From contig OZ024743.1 of assembly GCA_964016885.1 (NCBI GenBank), positions 303,552,001-303,616,000 on the forward strand: DNA of 64,000 bases, read 5' to 3'. The notes under the pieces were generated by a model that saw only the letters and a program-made list of their open reading frames with translations, did no database searches and was not told the DNA's origin. The position numbers and the translations under genes are program-made. This document shows, piece after piece, positions 13,901 through 27,000 of this stretch. Source of the DNA: Eledone cirrhosa. Taxonomy: Eukaryota. Each line of letters starts with the position of its first letter. The stretch's first letter is position 1.

Positions 13901-16722
13901 TTGACGGGGGCTATCGTCAACAAGATGTGGTGGTTTGCTCTGAAAAGAGCGATTAGAATAGAGTCCATTAGGTTTAGTAAGGCTTTAGCAATAGAGAAAA
14001 ATAGAGCAGAGGGACAACTAGTTAGAAAACTAGACGAGGCGCTTAGCAAAGGCATCTTGGGAGACGTACTTGCGGCGAATTTGGCCCTTGACGAATTCTT
14101 CAATGCAAAGCATTGAAGAATTGGTCAGAGCTAGGGTGCGTAATCTCAGACACGAGGGGACGAAAGGCGCGTCGTGGCAACAAAGCCACAGTCCGGTCTT
14201 TGGTGGTCCACGACGAGCGCATGCTACTCGATCCCGGGCAAATGTGTGAAGCTTTTCAGCGACACTTCCCACAGCTGTTCGGGGGAATCGGCGGGCCGTA
14301 TCGAGGGATGGTCTGTAGTGTCTACCTCGACGGACTGCCGCGGCTCTCGGCCACTGAGGCGGAGTGTTGCGAAAATCCGATAACAGCCGCTGAAGTAAGG
14401 GAGGCAATGACTGGCTGCACAAGGGGCAAATCGCCGGGTTTGGATGGTCTGCCCTATGAACTTTACGTACAGATTCCAGACTTGTTTGGAGGCCTCTTGG
14501 CGGACGTCTACTTCAACTGGCAACAGAACGGGAGAACTCCCAGTTTTATGAGCCGAGGAGCGGTGGCACTGCAGAGAAAGGATCCGAACAAGGGGGATAA
14601 CATAGATAATTTGCGGCCCATAACTCTGCTAAACACAGAGTTCAAGATTTTGGCCAAGGTGCTAGCAAAGAGCTTGGCACTTGTCGTTGGCGGTCTGGTG
14701 GGAGAGGCGCAGACATGCGCCATTCCCGACATATCCATCCACGACAACCTCCACCTCATGAGATACATCGTAGAGAGGGTAGCTGAGGAACCTGTCACGG
14801 ATGGGTCCTTGATAAATTTAGATCAGTCGAAAGCTTTCGATAGGGTCGACCATCGTTACCTAGCGGCAGTCCTGAGGGCGGCTGGCTTTGCGTCCGTCTT
14901 CAGAGGCTGGATAGCTGCCATGCACAGCGACATCTGCTCTGTGGTGAGAGTGAACGGTCACTTTTCGGAACCGTTCAACATCATGCGCTCGGTCCGCCAA
15001 GGATGTCCCCTCTCGTCCCTCTTGTTGGTATTGACTCTCAAGCCATTACTGCACAAACTGGAGACATTGAACGGGGTCCCGCGCCAACTTGATTCGGAAG
15101 ATCCGTGTCAGCATATGTGGACGATGTCACCGTAGTGGTGTCGAACGCCAAACACAGCGAAGCGATCGGCACTACACTAAGAGAGTACGAAGCGGTGACA
15201 GGAGCAATGATCAACCAGGAAAATTCAGTGGGCCTGCAGCTCGGCACCTGGAGGGGCAGGTCCATGCCGTCCAACAGCGTTGTTGGGCGCTGGACGGAAA
15301 GACGGGTTAAATTGCTAAGGGTCTGGTTCGGTCCGGACCTCCAGGCGGACAAAACCTGGGACGACGTGACGAGCAGGGTGGCTTCTCTCACCCCGAAATG
15401 GGCGGAGAGGAAGCTATCCCTGAAAGGTCGAGCGGAGGTGGCTAACGCGTACATCGCGTCCGTCATCTACTACCGCCTGACCGTCGTACCTTGTCCTGAG
15501 TCCCGCCTGACTGCGCTGGAGCGTTTGCTCTTTCGCTTTTTGTGGAAGGGACGCGCTCCGATGGTCAGGCGGTCCATGTGCTGTCAACACCCGCTTACGT
15601 GGAGCGCTGGGCATGCCGTGGATGATGATGCGCAGACACGCGCTCAGGCAACGACATCTCCACCTCTTCCTCCACGGTGCTAAGGTGTGGTCGCCGTTTG
15701 CTAGAACGTCTTTCCCCAGCTCGTCTCCTTGACGGAGCTGCAGTCCTGGCTCAAGCGAAGACCGAGAGGGAGCGCTTGGAGACTGGAATATCTTCAGGCG
15801 CTCACAGACCTCGACCACCTTGGCCTTCTATAGAGGATTAGTGGAGGCGAATAGCGACGACGTACTTGGGGAAAATCAAGGCGTCGACGAAAATCAACTA
15901 GCCAATCTCTTCGGAAGAAGTTTCGGACCGGGGCCTATGGACAACTTCCAGAAATCCCTGGCCTGGCAGTGCTACCGAGGAGCTTTGCAAGTTCGGGATA
16001 AACTCTACAGGCATGGAGGTGCCGTCAGCCGGGAATGTCCGAGATGCGCGCAAGGCGACGAAACCGTCCTGCACGCACTCGTCCAGTGTCCGAGCATTGC
16101 TGACTTGTGTGTTTATGTCGAACACCTGCTGTCTCGTGTAGGACGGATCCAGCTATCAGCTGTGTCCATCGTGAGGATTGCCCCCCCTCTTCCTTTAGCC
16201 GGGAAGTGCAGGCAGTTTTTATCTGTCTGGTGGCCATGGAGAAAGAGATAGTATGGTGGACACGTTTGAAAGGGCTGAAGACGAGCACTTACCTCTTCGG
16301 TGATGCCCTGATTAACTTTTTCAAATTTCATTTGAAAATGGAAAATCAGGGTAGAGAGGAAAGTGCTCTCTTCCCAACATTTTGTTGAAATACGGGTTAG
16401 AGAGGCAAGAATGGCCCGAGTGAATGGGCCTACTCAGAGTATGTGTCTGTAAATTAAAGGTGGAAAACTGGGAGAGGGCACTTGCCCTGGTGGTCAGGTT
16501 CACTGTGGCCTGTTAATACGGCCTTCCTCACAAATGTCCCTCGGAAGTCTCCCCCCTACTGCGGAATATTTCATTGTTATTTTTTTATTACATCCTCTGT
16601 TTTTCTACACGCAGAAATGCCCATTTGTACCGCCCTGTATTGTGATGTACTGTCCTTAATGTCTACTTTATGTAAACACTTGTGGTTAATAAAGAAAACA
16701 TTATTATTTTTATTATTATTAT
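10924..16722 (+). mobile_element. Tx1/L1-clade non-LTR retrotransposon copy 2, apparently full-length but degenerate
   Basis: (TTA)n on both sides. ORF1 remnants 11134-13063 include knuckle CVVCGKGTHLRAFC (12154-12195). ORF2 starts at ATG 13103 with APE, RT (SPGLDGLPYE, QGCPLS, YVDD) and CPRC..ETVLHALVQC, broken by frameshifts. Confidence 0.92.
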
Positions 16723-16724
16723 TA

Positions 16725-16857
16725 AATCCCGCCGAGGTTAACTTTGCCTTTCATCCTTACGGGGTCGATAAAATAAAGTACCAGTAATACACTGGTTAAT
16801 TGCTGGCCTTGTGCCCTACGTAGAAACAATTATTATTATTGTTACTATTATTATTAC
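16725..16857 (+). mobile_element. SINE 3' fragment, same family as 26-120
   Basis: High identity to 26-120, with an (ATT)n tail. Confidence 0.65.
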
Positions 16858-16949
16858 TTTTTTTGTTTTCCTCAATTCAATGATGTTCCAAAACAATATA
16901 AAATAGATAATTGGCAATAAAGTTCTGGAACAAAAAAGATAATTGGCAA

Positions 16950-19288
16950 TAAGGGCAGGGTCCCCAGGTTATCACAGCCTGGTCCCGCTCGTCATCGTGA
17001 CATTGTAATAGAACCAAACAAGGCATTTAGTCTTGGCTGCTGGAACGTACGGACGCTGCTTGACAGGGATTCCTTGGAGCGTCCTGAACGAAGGACCGCT
17101 CTTGTTGCAAAGGAGCTTAGACGTTACGATCTTGACATCGTGGCTTTAATCTGAGACGAGGTTAGCTGGATATGGTCATCTTACAGAATTTTGGGGAGAA
17201 TATACATTCTTCTGGAAAGGAAGAGCTGCTGGAATCAGAAGAGAGGCATTTGCTGTTAAGACTGTTCTTCTGAGAAAATTAGAAGAATTCCCAGTAGGGA
17301 TTAGTGAGCGTATTATGTCTATGAGAATTCCGCTGGACAAAGGAAGAAATGCGACCCTGGTGAGTGTGTATTCTCCAACTATGAATTCTATCGATGAAGA
17401 AAAAGAGTCCTTTTACCATGCCTTGAAAGGTGTTTTAAGAAATATCCTTCAGGCAGACAAAGTCATCGTTTATTGGTGACTTTAATGCTAGAGTGGGTAG
17501 GGATTTTAACACATGGAATGTAATTGGAAGGCATGGGGTGGGAAAGTGTAACAACAATTGTATGCTCTTGCTGCAGATGTGTGAGGAGCTGGATCTGTGT
17601 GTTACCAACACCATGTTCCAACAAAAGAACAAATTCAAGACCACATGGATGCATCCTGCATCTAAGGAATGGCATATTTTGGACTATGTCCTAGTCAGGA
17701 TGCGTGACAAGACAGGATGTGCGGTGTGTTCGTGCTCTTCATGGAGCTGAGTGCTGAACGGACCACCGCCTGGTATGCGCAAAAGTGAAACAAATCACTA
17801 AACTTAAAATCCTGGCTCCTGGTGTTGCCCTGCCCAGAAGATTGAATGCTGCTTGTCTTAAGGATAAAAATGTGAAGAGGACATTGCAACAAGAGATGCA
17901 GGTTGCAGATCTTGGTTAGGATTGCCGACCCTTAAAAAGTCGGTTTATGATGTAGGCAGGCGTGTTCTGGGATTGGTGCAGAGAAAACCTCAGGACTGGT
18001 TTAATGAGAATGATGTACATATAGAGGACTTGTTGGCTGATAAGAGGCGTGCACTCTCACGCTACTTGACGGCAAAACCACAGGAGAAGAGTACGTTGCA
18101 TAAGGAACTCAAGGATGTTAAGTCTTTCTCAGATGAAGGATCAGTGGTGGAGTGAGAAGGCTGATGAGATACAAACTGCGTCTGATTCCAATAACCCAAA
18201 GCTGTTGTACAGTCTCTTGCGTGAAGTTTATGGACCGTATTCTCTGGTGAGACCGCTTCGCAGCAAGGATGGCAAAGAACTTCTTCGTGACTCACAAGGA
18301 ATTCTACGAAGGTAGCGAGAGCACTTTGATGATCTTTTGAAGCAGCCGTCTGTCGTCAATGAAGATTTCCTCAATCTTATTCCAGAAAGTAGCTCTCGCA
18401 GAACCTCCCACGCTTGTGGAGGTTGCAGTGGCTATCTCGAAGCTGAACAGTGGAAGGTTTCCAGGTATGGATGGCATACATGCTGAGCTCCTACAATATG
18501 GTGGTGAGAGACACCTGCAACATCTTCACTCTTTGTTTGGCAGGATATGGGCTAATGAATCCGTACCTGATGACAGGAGAGATGCAGTAATGGTGGTCTT
18601 TTACAAGAGAAAGGGTAACAGGAATGATTGTGGGAACTACAGATGTATATCATCGCTTTCTGTCGTAGGGAAATTTTTATGTAGGGTGCTTCTGGGCCGT
18701 CTGCTGACACACATTGCAGATTGTGTTCTTCCTGAAAGTAAATCTGGTTTTCGTGCTGCACTACTGATATGATCTTCTCTGCTAGACAGCTCCAGAAGAA
18801 GTGCATGGATCAAGGTTTGGATCTGTATCAGGTTTTTGTCGATCTGACAAAAGCTTTCGATACTGTCAACAGAAATGCATTATGGACGGTCCTCCAGAAA
18901 CGTGGATGCCCTGATAAGTTCCTTACTTTAGTTAGGTCTTTCCATGACGACATGAAGCTTGGGTTAATGTCGGAGGTAACATGTCGGAGCCTATCTCAGA
19001 AAAAACATGGAGTAAATTAGGGGGATATTCCAGCACCGACCCTGTTTGCCAAATACTTTGCAATGGATTTGTGTATTGCGTTCAGGAATTGCGAGCATGG
19101 TGTTTACATCCGATATCGAACCTCAGGTAGCATATTTAACATCAGGCGCTTTGCTGCAAAGACAAAAGTATTTACATCAATCATAAGAGACCTCTTATAT
19201 GCAGATGATTGCGATCTTGTAGCGCACCCAGAGAGTGATATGCCGCACATTTTCAATGCATTTTCTGACGCTTGCACTGCCCTAGGAG
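16950..19288 (+). mobile_element. RTE-clade LINE, degenerate, 3' part interrupted
   Basis: WNVRTLLD..RPERRTALVAKELRRYDLDI near 17035, then GDFNARVG, TWMHP.SK.WH.LDY, FVDLTKAFDTV and LLYADDC. It breaks off into a (TA)-rich PLE 3' end. Confidence 0.88.
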
Positions 19289-20158
<870 letters not shown>

Positions 20159-20439
20159 GTCTAATTCTTAGCTAAGATGCTTGGACAGGCGGTATGCCGG
20201 TTGAGCACTCTATTCTCCTACGGAGCAGAGTATTATAGCATGGATAACGAACAATCCGTGATGCATCATTGTAAGAGGATATGCCCCGAAATCAATTGAC
20301 GTGTCCGAAGAATCTGCGAGTCTAGAGTCAGGTCGATCCACACACGGATTGCACCTCGAGCTGTTCGCCAGGGAAACAATTGTAATACACAATAAATTGA
20401 GTTCCGATGCATCACCAATTTTTTGTTTTACATTTTCTC

Positions 20440-20498
<59 letters not shown>

Positions 20499-20499
20499 G

Positions 20500-20683
20500 G
20501 TAATAATAATAAAATTGAAGATTGAAATTCAAAGTATCGTCTTCCTGCCTTTCTCCGGTTGCAACGTTTTTTGAAATATCCAGTTCTGCGTTTACGGATT
20601 GACTTTGTTAGTTTCAGAAGATCCCGTTAAGGGTGAAAGCAGCGTTTCTTTGCTTAAACTTTAATCTGTTATTTTAATAAATT

Positions 20684-20685
<2 letters not shown>
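20500..20685 (+). repeat. Partial copy of the ~395-bp repeat family
   Basis: Matches 38070-38220 and 57375-57525. Confidence 0.8.
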
Positions 20686-20721
<36 letters not shown>

Positions 20722-20763
20722 GATATTAAATAAATGGAAACTATATTTATAAAACCATATTTA

Positions 20764-20824
20764 TTTTATTATGTATATTTCAAGGGCAACCAAATCAACA
20801 TTTGTACGCTTTCGTCAGATAAAA
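20764..20824 (-). ncRNA. Type I hammerhead ribozyme motif
   Basis: Minus strand reads uuuuau CUGACGA aagcg...ccuu GAAA uauaca UA auaaaa; stem I is a perfect 6 bp, stem II is imperfect. Confidence 0.65.
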
Positions 20825-20944
20825 TACAAAGTTTGTTTTATAAATAGAGACATACCCATGTAAATCATACCTTATCGGTTGGAAATTCATTGGATAAAGT
20901 ATGATTTTCATGGGTATGTCTCTATTTATAAAACACTCTTTCTG

Positions 20945-21004
20945 TTATATCTGATGAAATTTACCAATGTTGTCTTGGTTGCCCCTGAAATATGTATAAT
21001 AAAA
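20945..21004 (+). ncRNA. Type I hammerhead ribozyme motif, degenerate stem II
   Basis: uuauau CUGAUGA aauuuacc...cccu GAAA uaugua UA auaaaa. Confidence 0.5.
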
Positions 21005-21139
21005 TAAATATGGTTTTATAAATATAGTTTCCATTTATTTAATATCATTGACTATTTACTCCAGTGGCTGTTGAGTGCTCTAAATCAGTTATAAACATTC
21101 ATGTTTGTCGGACTTCCAACAGTTTAAATACAATTTCTA

Positions 21140-21291
<152 letters not shown>

Positions 21292-21296
21292 CAGCT

Positions 21297-21388
<92 letters not shown>

Positions 21389-21458
21389 TTATGAAGAGAG
21401 AAGAAACATTTAGATATAATTAGTAATAAAATGTATCATAACTAAACTGTTCCTAGAT

Positions 21459-21548
21459 TCCTCGACTACGTAGTTTCGTGGCATAAACAAAAACAATACA
21501 TCATAAAGTAATAGAGTCCTTGCGAGGTCTGCCGACTTATCAAGAGGA
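21459..21548 (-). ncRNA. Type I hammerhead ribozyme, U3-A8 core variant (one per 593-bp unit)
   Basis: uccuc UUGAUAA gu(c)ggca [~46 nt] ugccac GAAA cuacguag UC gagga. Equivalent copies are in units 2 and 3 (unit 3 has a stem-II substitution). Confidence 0.75.
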
Positions 21549-23578
21549 TACCTCATTTTACTAGCTTCAAGAACGCGTCTACACGACGTGAGAAAGAATC
21601 CCAAAAGGCGGAGGGGCAGATATTCACGCGATATAACGGTCGAGAAACAGAGCTAAGCCTCTTATAACCCCGAATAAAATACCACGGAGGCGGAGGGGGT
21701 ATTTATATCGAAGCCGTAGAAGAGGTGGTGAAGGAGTCGAGAAGTATGAGTAATGGCAGCTTTCCAGCAGTCACCACACTTCAAAGATTACTCGACCAGA
21801 GGGAGTTATGAACAATATATTTAGAAACACACAGATACATGCGGACACACACATATACATGAATGCATCCACACCCAACCGTGAGTTAATGGTGCCAACC
21901 TTACCGATGTTGCTCAATGAATGACCGGGACAGACCAATCCGGTTGAATTAGACTGAACCAGTATCAGAGTTAAAAATACATTATGAAGAGAGAAGAAAC
22001 ATTTAGATATAATTAGTAATAAAATGTATCATACCTAAACTGTTCCTAGATTCCTCGACTACGTAGTTTCGTGGCATAAACAAAAACAATACATCATAAA
22101 GATATAGAGTCCTTGCGAGGTCTGCCGACTTATCAAGAGGGTACCTCATATTACTAGCTTCAAGAACGCGTCTACACGACGTGAGAAACAATCCCAAAAG
22201 GCGGAGGGGGAGAAAGTCACGCGATATAACGGTCGAGAAACAGAGCTAAGCCTCTTATAACCCCGAACAAAATACCACGGAGGCGGAGGGGTAATTATAT
22301 CGGAGCCGTAGAAGAGGTGGTGAAGGAGGCGAGAAGTATGAGTAATGGCAGCTTTCCAGCAGTCACCACACTTCAAAGATTACTCGACCAGAGGGAGTTA
22401 TGAACAATATATTTAGAAACACACAGATACATGCGGACACACACATATACATGAATGCATCCACACCCAACCGTGAGATAATGGTGCCAACCTTACCGAT
22501 GTTGCTCAATGAATGACCGGGAGAGACCAATCCGGTTGAATTAGACTGAACCAGTATCAGCGATAAAAATACATTATGAAGAGAGAAGAAACATTTAGAT
22601 ATAATTAGTAATAAAATGTATCATACCTAAACTGTTCCTAGATTCCTCGACTACGTAGTTTCGTGGGATAAACAAAAACAATACATGATAAAGATATAGA
22701 GTCCTTGCGAGGTCTGCCGACTTATCAAGAGGATACCTCATTTTACTAGCTTCAAGAACGTGTCTACACGACGTGAGAAAGAATCCCAAATGGCGGAGGG
22801 GGAGATAGTCACGCGATATAACGGTCGAGAAACAGAGCTAAGCCTCTTATAACCCCGAATAAAATGCCACGGAGGTGGAGGGGGTATTTATATCGAAGCC
22901 GTAGAAGAGGTGTTGAAGGAGTCGAGAAGTATGAGTAATGGCAGCTTTCCAGCAGTCACCACACTTCAAAGATTACTCGACCAGAGGGAGTTATGAACAA
23001 TATATTTAGAAACACACAGATACATGCGGACACACACATATACATGAATGCATCCACACCCAACCGTGAGTTAATGGTGCCAACCTTACCGATGTTGCTC
23101 AACGAATGACCGGGACAGACCAATCCGGTTGAATTAGACTGAACCAGTATCAGAGTTAAAAATACATTATGAAGAGAGAAGAAACATTTAGATATAATTA
23201 GTAATAAAATGTATCATACCTAAACTGTTCCTAGATTCCTCGACTACGTAGTTTCGTGGCATAAACATGTATATGTGTGTGTCCGCATGTATCTGTGTGT
23301 TTCTAAATATATTGTTCATAACTCCCTCTGGTCGAGTAATCTTTGAAGTGTGGTGACTGCTGGAAAGCTGCCATTACTCATACTTCTAGCCTCCTTCACC
23401 CCCTCTTCTACGGCTTCGATATAAATACCCCCTCCGCCCCCGTGGTATTTTCTTCGGGGTTATAAGAGGCTTAGCTCTGTTTCTCGACCGTTATATCGCG
23501 TGACTATCTCCCCCTCCGCCTTTTGCGATTCTTTCTCACGTCGTGTAGACGCGTTCTTGAAGCTAGTAACATGAGGCA

Positions 23579-23668
23579 TCCTCTTGATAAGTCGGCAGAC
23601 CTCGCAAGGACTCTATATCTTTATGATGTATTGTTTTTGTTTATGCCACGAAACTACGTAGTCGAGGA
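23579..23668 (+). ncRNA. Type I hammerhead ribozyme, U3-A8 variant, in the inverted unit
   Basis: TCCTC TTGATAA GTCGGCA...TGCCAC GAAA CTACGTAG TC GAGGA read directly on the plus strand. Confidence 0.75.
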
Positions 23669-23906
23669 ATCTAGGAACAGTTTAGGTATGATACATTTTA
23701 TTACTAATTATATCTAAATGTTTCTTATCTCTTCATAATGTATTTTTAACTCTGATACTGGTTCAGTCTATTTCAACCGGATTGGTCTGTCCCAGTCATT
23801 CATTGAGCAACATCGGTAAGGTTGGCACCATTAACTCACGGTTGGGTGTGGATGCATTCATGTATATGTGTGTGTCCGCATGTATCTGTGTGTTTCTAAA
23901 TATATT

Positions 23907-23961
<55 letters not shown>

Positions 23962-24024
23962 CAGAGATTCTTTGCTTAAACTTTAATCTGTTATTTTAAT
24001 AAATATATATATATATATATATAT

Positions 24025-27000
24025 ATTAGAAAGTGAGGTTTTTTTTAGAAAATGAAAAATAACCGAGGTGTCCTACACGAGTGAAAATATAAAAAAAAAA
24101 TTTAAATCGAAAATGCAACTGGAGTCTTGTTTAAAAAAATATATATATATTTATTTGGTTCCTTTACCGGTTTCACAGTTCTTCTGCTTTTCAAAAGTAG
24201 AGTTCAGATGGAGGGTCTGTGGGGTTTCTCACATCTGGTTGGTCTCTGAATGTCACTTGTTTTATATAGAAAAAAGTGGCTCGAAATGCCAGGTCTTTAG
24301 AGAAGTAATTTGATTGGTTGGTCAATAATTATAATAAATTTCGCGCCATTTCACGTTACAAAGTTCTTTAAACAATTGGGGGGGGGGGATGTCACATGTT
24401 GTTTTTTCATATATGAGTGTTTGAATTTCTTTTTATTTAAAAGAAGGGGGCTCACGAAGGCTTTTTTTTAATAAACGTAATTTGACTGGTTATAAATGAT
24501 GTTATGGCTGCCACGTGAACAAGTTTTCATTAAATTTTCGCGCCCTCATTTGGAAATCTATTCTGTAGCCTTTTTAGACAAGCAAAAGGGGCTCACGGAG
24601 GCTTTTTTTAAAATAAATGTAATTTGATTGGTTATAAATGAAATTATGGCTGTCACGTGAACAAGTTTTCATTCAATTTTCGCGCCCTTACTTGGAAATC
24701 TATTTTGTAGCCTTTTTAGAGAATTTTATGACAAGCAAAAGATAATGGTCAAGAGAAATAGGATGGGAGAATTGTTCTGGTTCAGTGAATATGGTTAGTT
24801 CGCTAGGATGTGAGAATTCAGATTTTCTATTGAAGTAAAGAAAATAAAGATGTGTATGTTTATTTTTGTGCTTGTGTGTGTGTGTGTGTGTGTGTGTATT
24901 AGAAGATGATTCTATTAGTAGAATGGGGGATGGCGTTGTGTGTATGTGTATATGGGTGTTATGTGTGTGTGGGAGTATGTTAAGATGGAGAGAATATATA
25001 TATTTTGTGTGCGTGTATATATGTGTATAGGAAAGTGATTCTATTAGTAGAAATGGGGGAGGGAGTTGTGTGTGTGTGGGCGTGAGGGTTGTTATGTGTG
25101 TGTATGGGTGTTATGTATGTGGGAGTATGGTTAGCATGTTAAGATGAAGAATATATATATATATATAGTGTGTGTAGGAAAATGATTCCTTTAGTAGGAA
25201 TATTTTTGAATGAACATATTTTCCTTATTTATTCGTATTTGTTCTGTTGTATTGTCAGCGCAAACGTATGTTAAGGTTTATTTAGTTCGGGTTTTTATTT
25301 TCTAAAGTAGCAGGTGTTATGTGTGTGTGTATGTGTCTGTTTGGATGGTTAGCATGTTATGGTGTTGACATAATGTATATTAAACCATATTTAATGCTGG
25401 TCTATATTTTTGAATAAACATATTTTCCTTATTTATTCGTATTTGTTCTGTTGTATTGTTAGCGCAAAGGTAAAATGGGAAGACTTGAAATTTGGGTGTC
25501 TTATTACTTGCGCATATGTCTAGATATGCGCCTAGTGGTATCTGTCTCGTGGTTGGATCTTGTAATTGTTGGCGATGAACTGTCATTCTGTTTCGAGTGT
25601 GAGTTTAGTTTGTCCTATATAATCTTCATTGCATCCTTTACATTTAATGGCATAAAGTAGATTTTTTGATGAGCAAGTGAAATGTTTTTTTACAGCAAAA
25701 TGTTGTCCTGATTTAAATGTATACGTGTTGCCTTCAAATAGGTGAGTGCAGGTTCCACAATTAGAGCGACCACATTTTTTGACAGTTGGTTGTGGGCTTG
25801 TGGTAGGTAATTTGGCATTAGTGAATAATGTTTTCAGTGATTTCGGTTGTCTTTTGCTTTTGATTATTTTGAGTGTTTCAAGCGCTTTTTTTCATTCTTG
25901 GGTTTTGATTTAGTAGTGGGATGTTCTTGTGTATAGTGTTGTAAGCTTCCGCATTTCTTGGGCTGTGTGTTGAGATATGTGATAGAATATTGGACGTACC
26001 TTGAATTTGTTTCTGTTTTCGTAATTCGTCAATGCCTATTGCTTTAGCCCTTTCTATTCCATTATTTATTAGAAATGCTGGGTACTCTCTTTCGAGTAGA
26101 ATTTCCTTTAATTCTTGAAGTCTTTTATTTGGCGTTTCATAATTGAAGACAATTGCGCAAATTCTACTTGCTAGGTTAAAAGGAATGTTCGTCTTCGTGT
26201 GCTTTGGATGGTTGGAGGTATTGTTTGGAATCTGTTGGTTTGTAGTGTATATCAGTTTCAATATTTGTGTCTTTTTTAAGATTAAGATGTCCAGAAATGG
26301 GAGTTGATCTTGGCTGTATTCCATTGTGAATTGTATGTGGTTATTGATGCCGTTTATTAAGTTTTTGAAATCCTTCAGTTGGTCGAGTGTGTGGGACGAA
26401 AGAATGAGACAATCATCCAAGTAGCATTTCCAATTCTCTGATAAATATTTGTGGAAGTTCAATCCGTATTTTGATTTGGACTGTTCATATATCTGGACTT
26501 CTAAGTATGCCATGACTAAGTTGGAATAAGTTGGAGCGGCTTTTGTACCCATTGCAGTCCCCGATATTTACTTCTAAGTACTGCCATCGAAATACAAATG
26601 TTGGTCTGTAAGATGGATTTTAATCCCTCGGTGATGAAGCTTTTTTCTATTCTGCCAGGTATCTCATTGGGATATTTCTCTAGCCATAATCCTATTGTTT
26701 CTAGTCCGTATGCTGTGGGATCGTTGTGTAGAGATTCACTACATCGAAAGACACAATAATAGTGTCCTTGTTGACACGTTGGGGGGGGGGGGTTAAGAGG
26801 TCCAGATTGCCTCTTACAAGGCTTAGTATGTGTTTGAGAATTGGTTTTAGTAGCATGTCTATAAAGTTGCTCCGTCTGTGTGTTTCACATTGTGGGCCCG
26901 CTACAATTTGTCTTAATTTAAGGTCTGTGGGGTATTGTGTGTTCACGTAGGCTAAGGTGGATTGTTTACAGGCATCGTTAATTATTTTACACTTGTGGAT

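Larger units (their letters stand above)
20719..21049. repeat. ~330-bp inverted repeat with a hammerhead fold in each arm
   Basis: 20719-20875 is the reverse complement of 20893-21049. A related degenerate copy lies at about 37008-37160. Confidence 0.85.
21389..23910. repeat. 593-bp-unit tandem array (about 3.2 units) plus about 1.1 inverted unit, bounded by (TA)n
   Basis: ATGAAGAGAGAAGAAAC recurs at 21391, 21984, 22576 and 23169; orientation flips at about 23266. Confidence 0.95.

Noticed and set aside
21410-23717. Repeated 64-aa ORF in the 593-bp unit
   Set aside because: No ATG start, overlaps the ribozyme, and has no recognisable motif.
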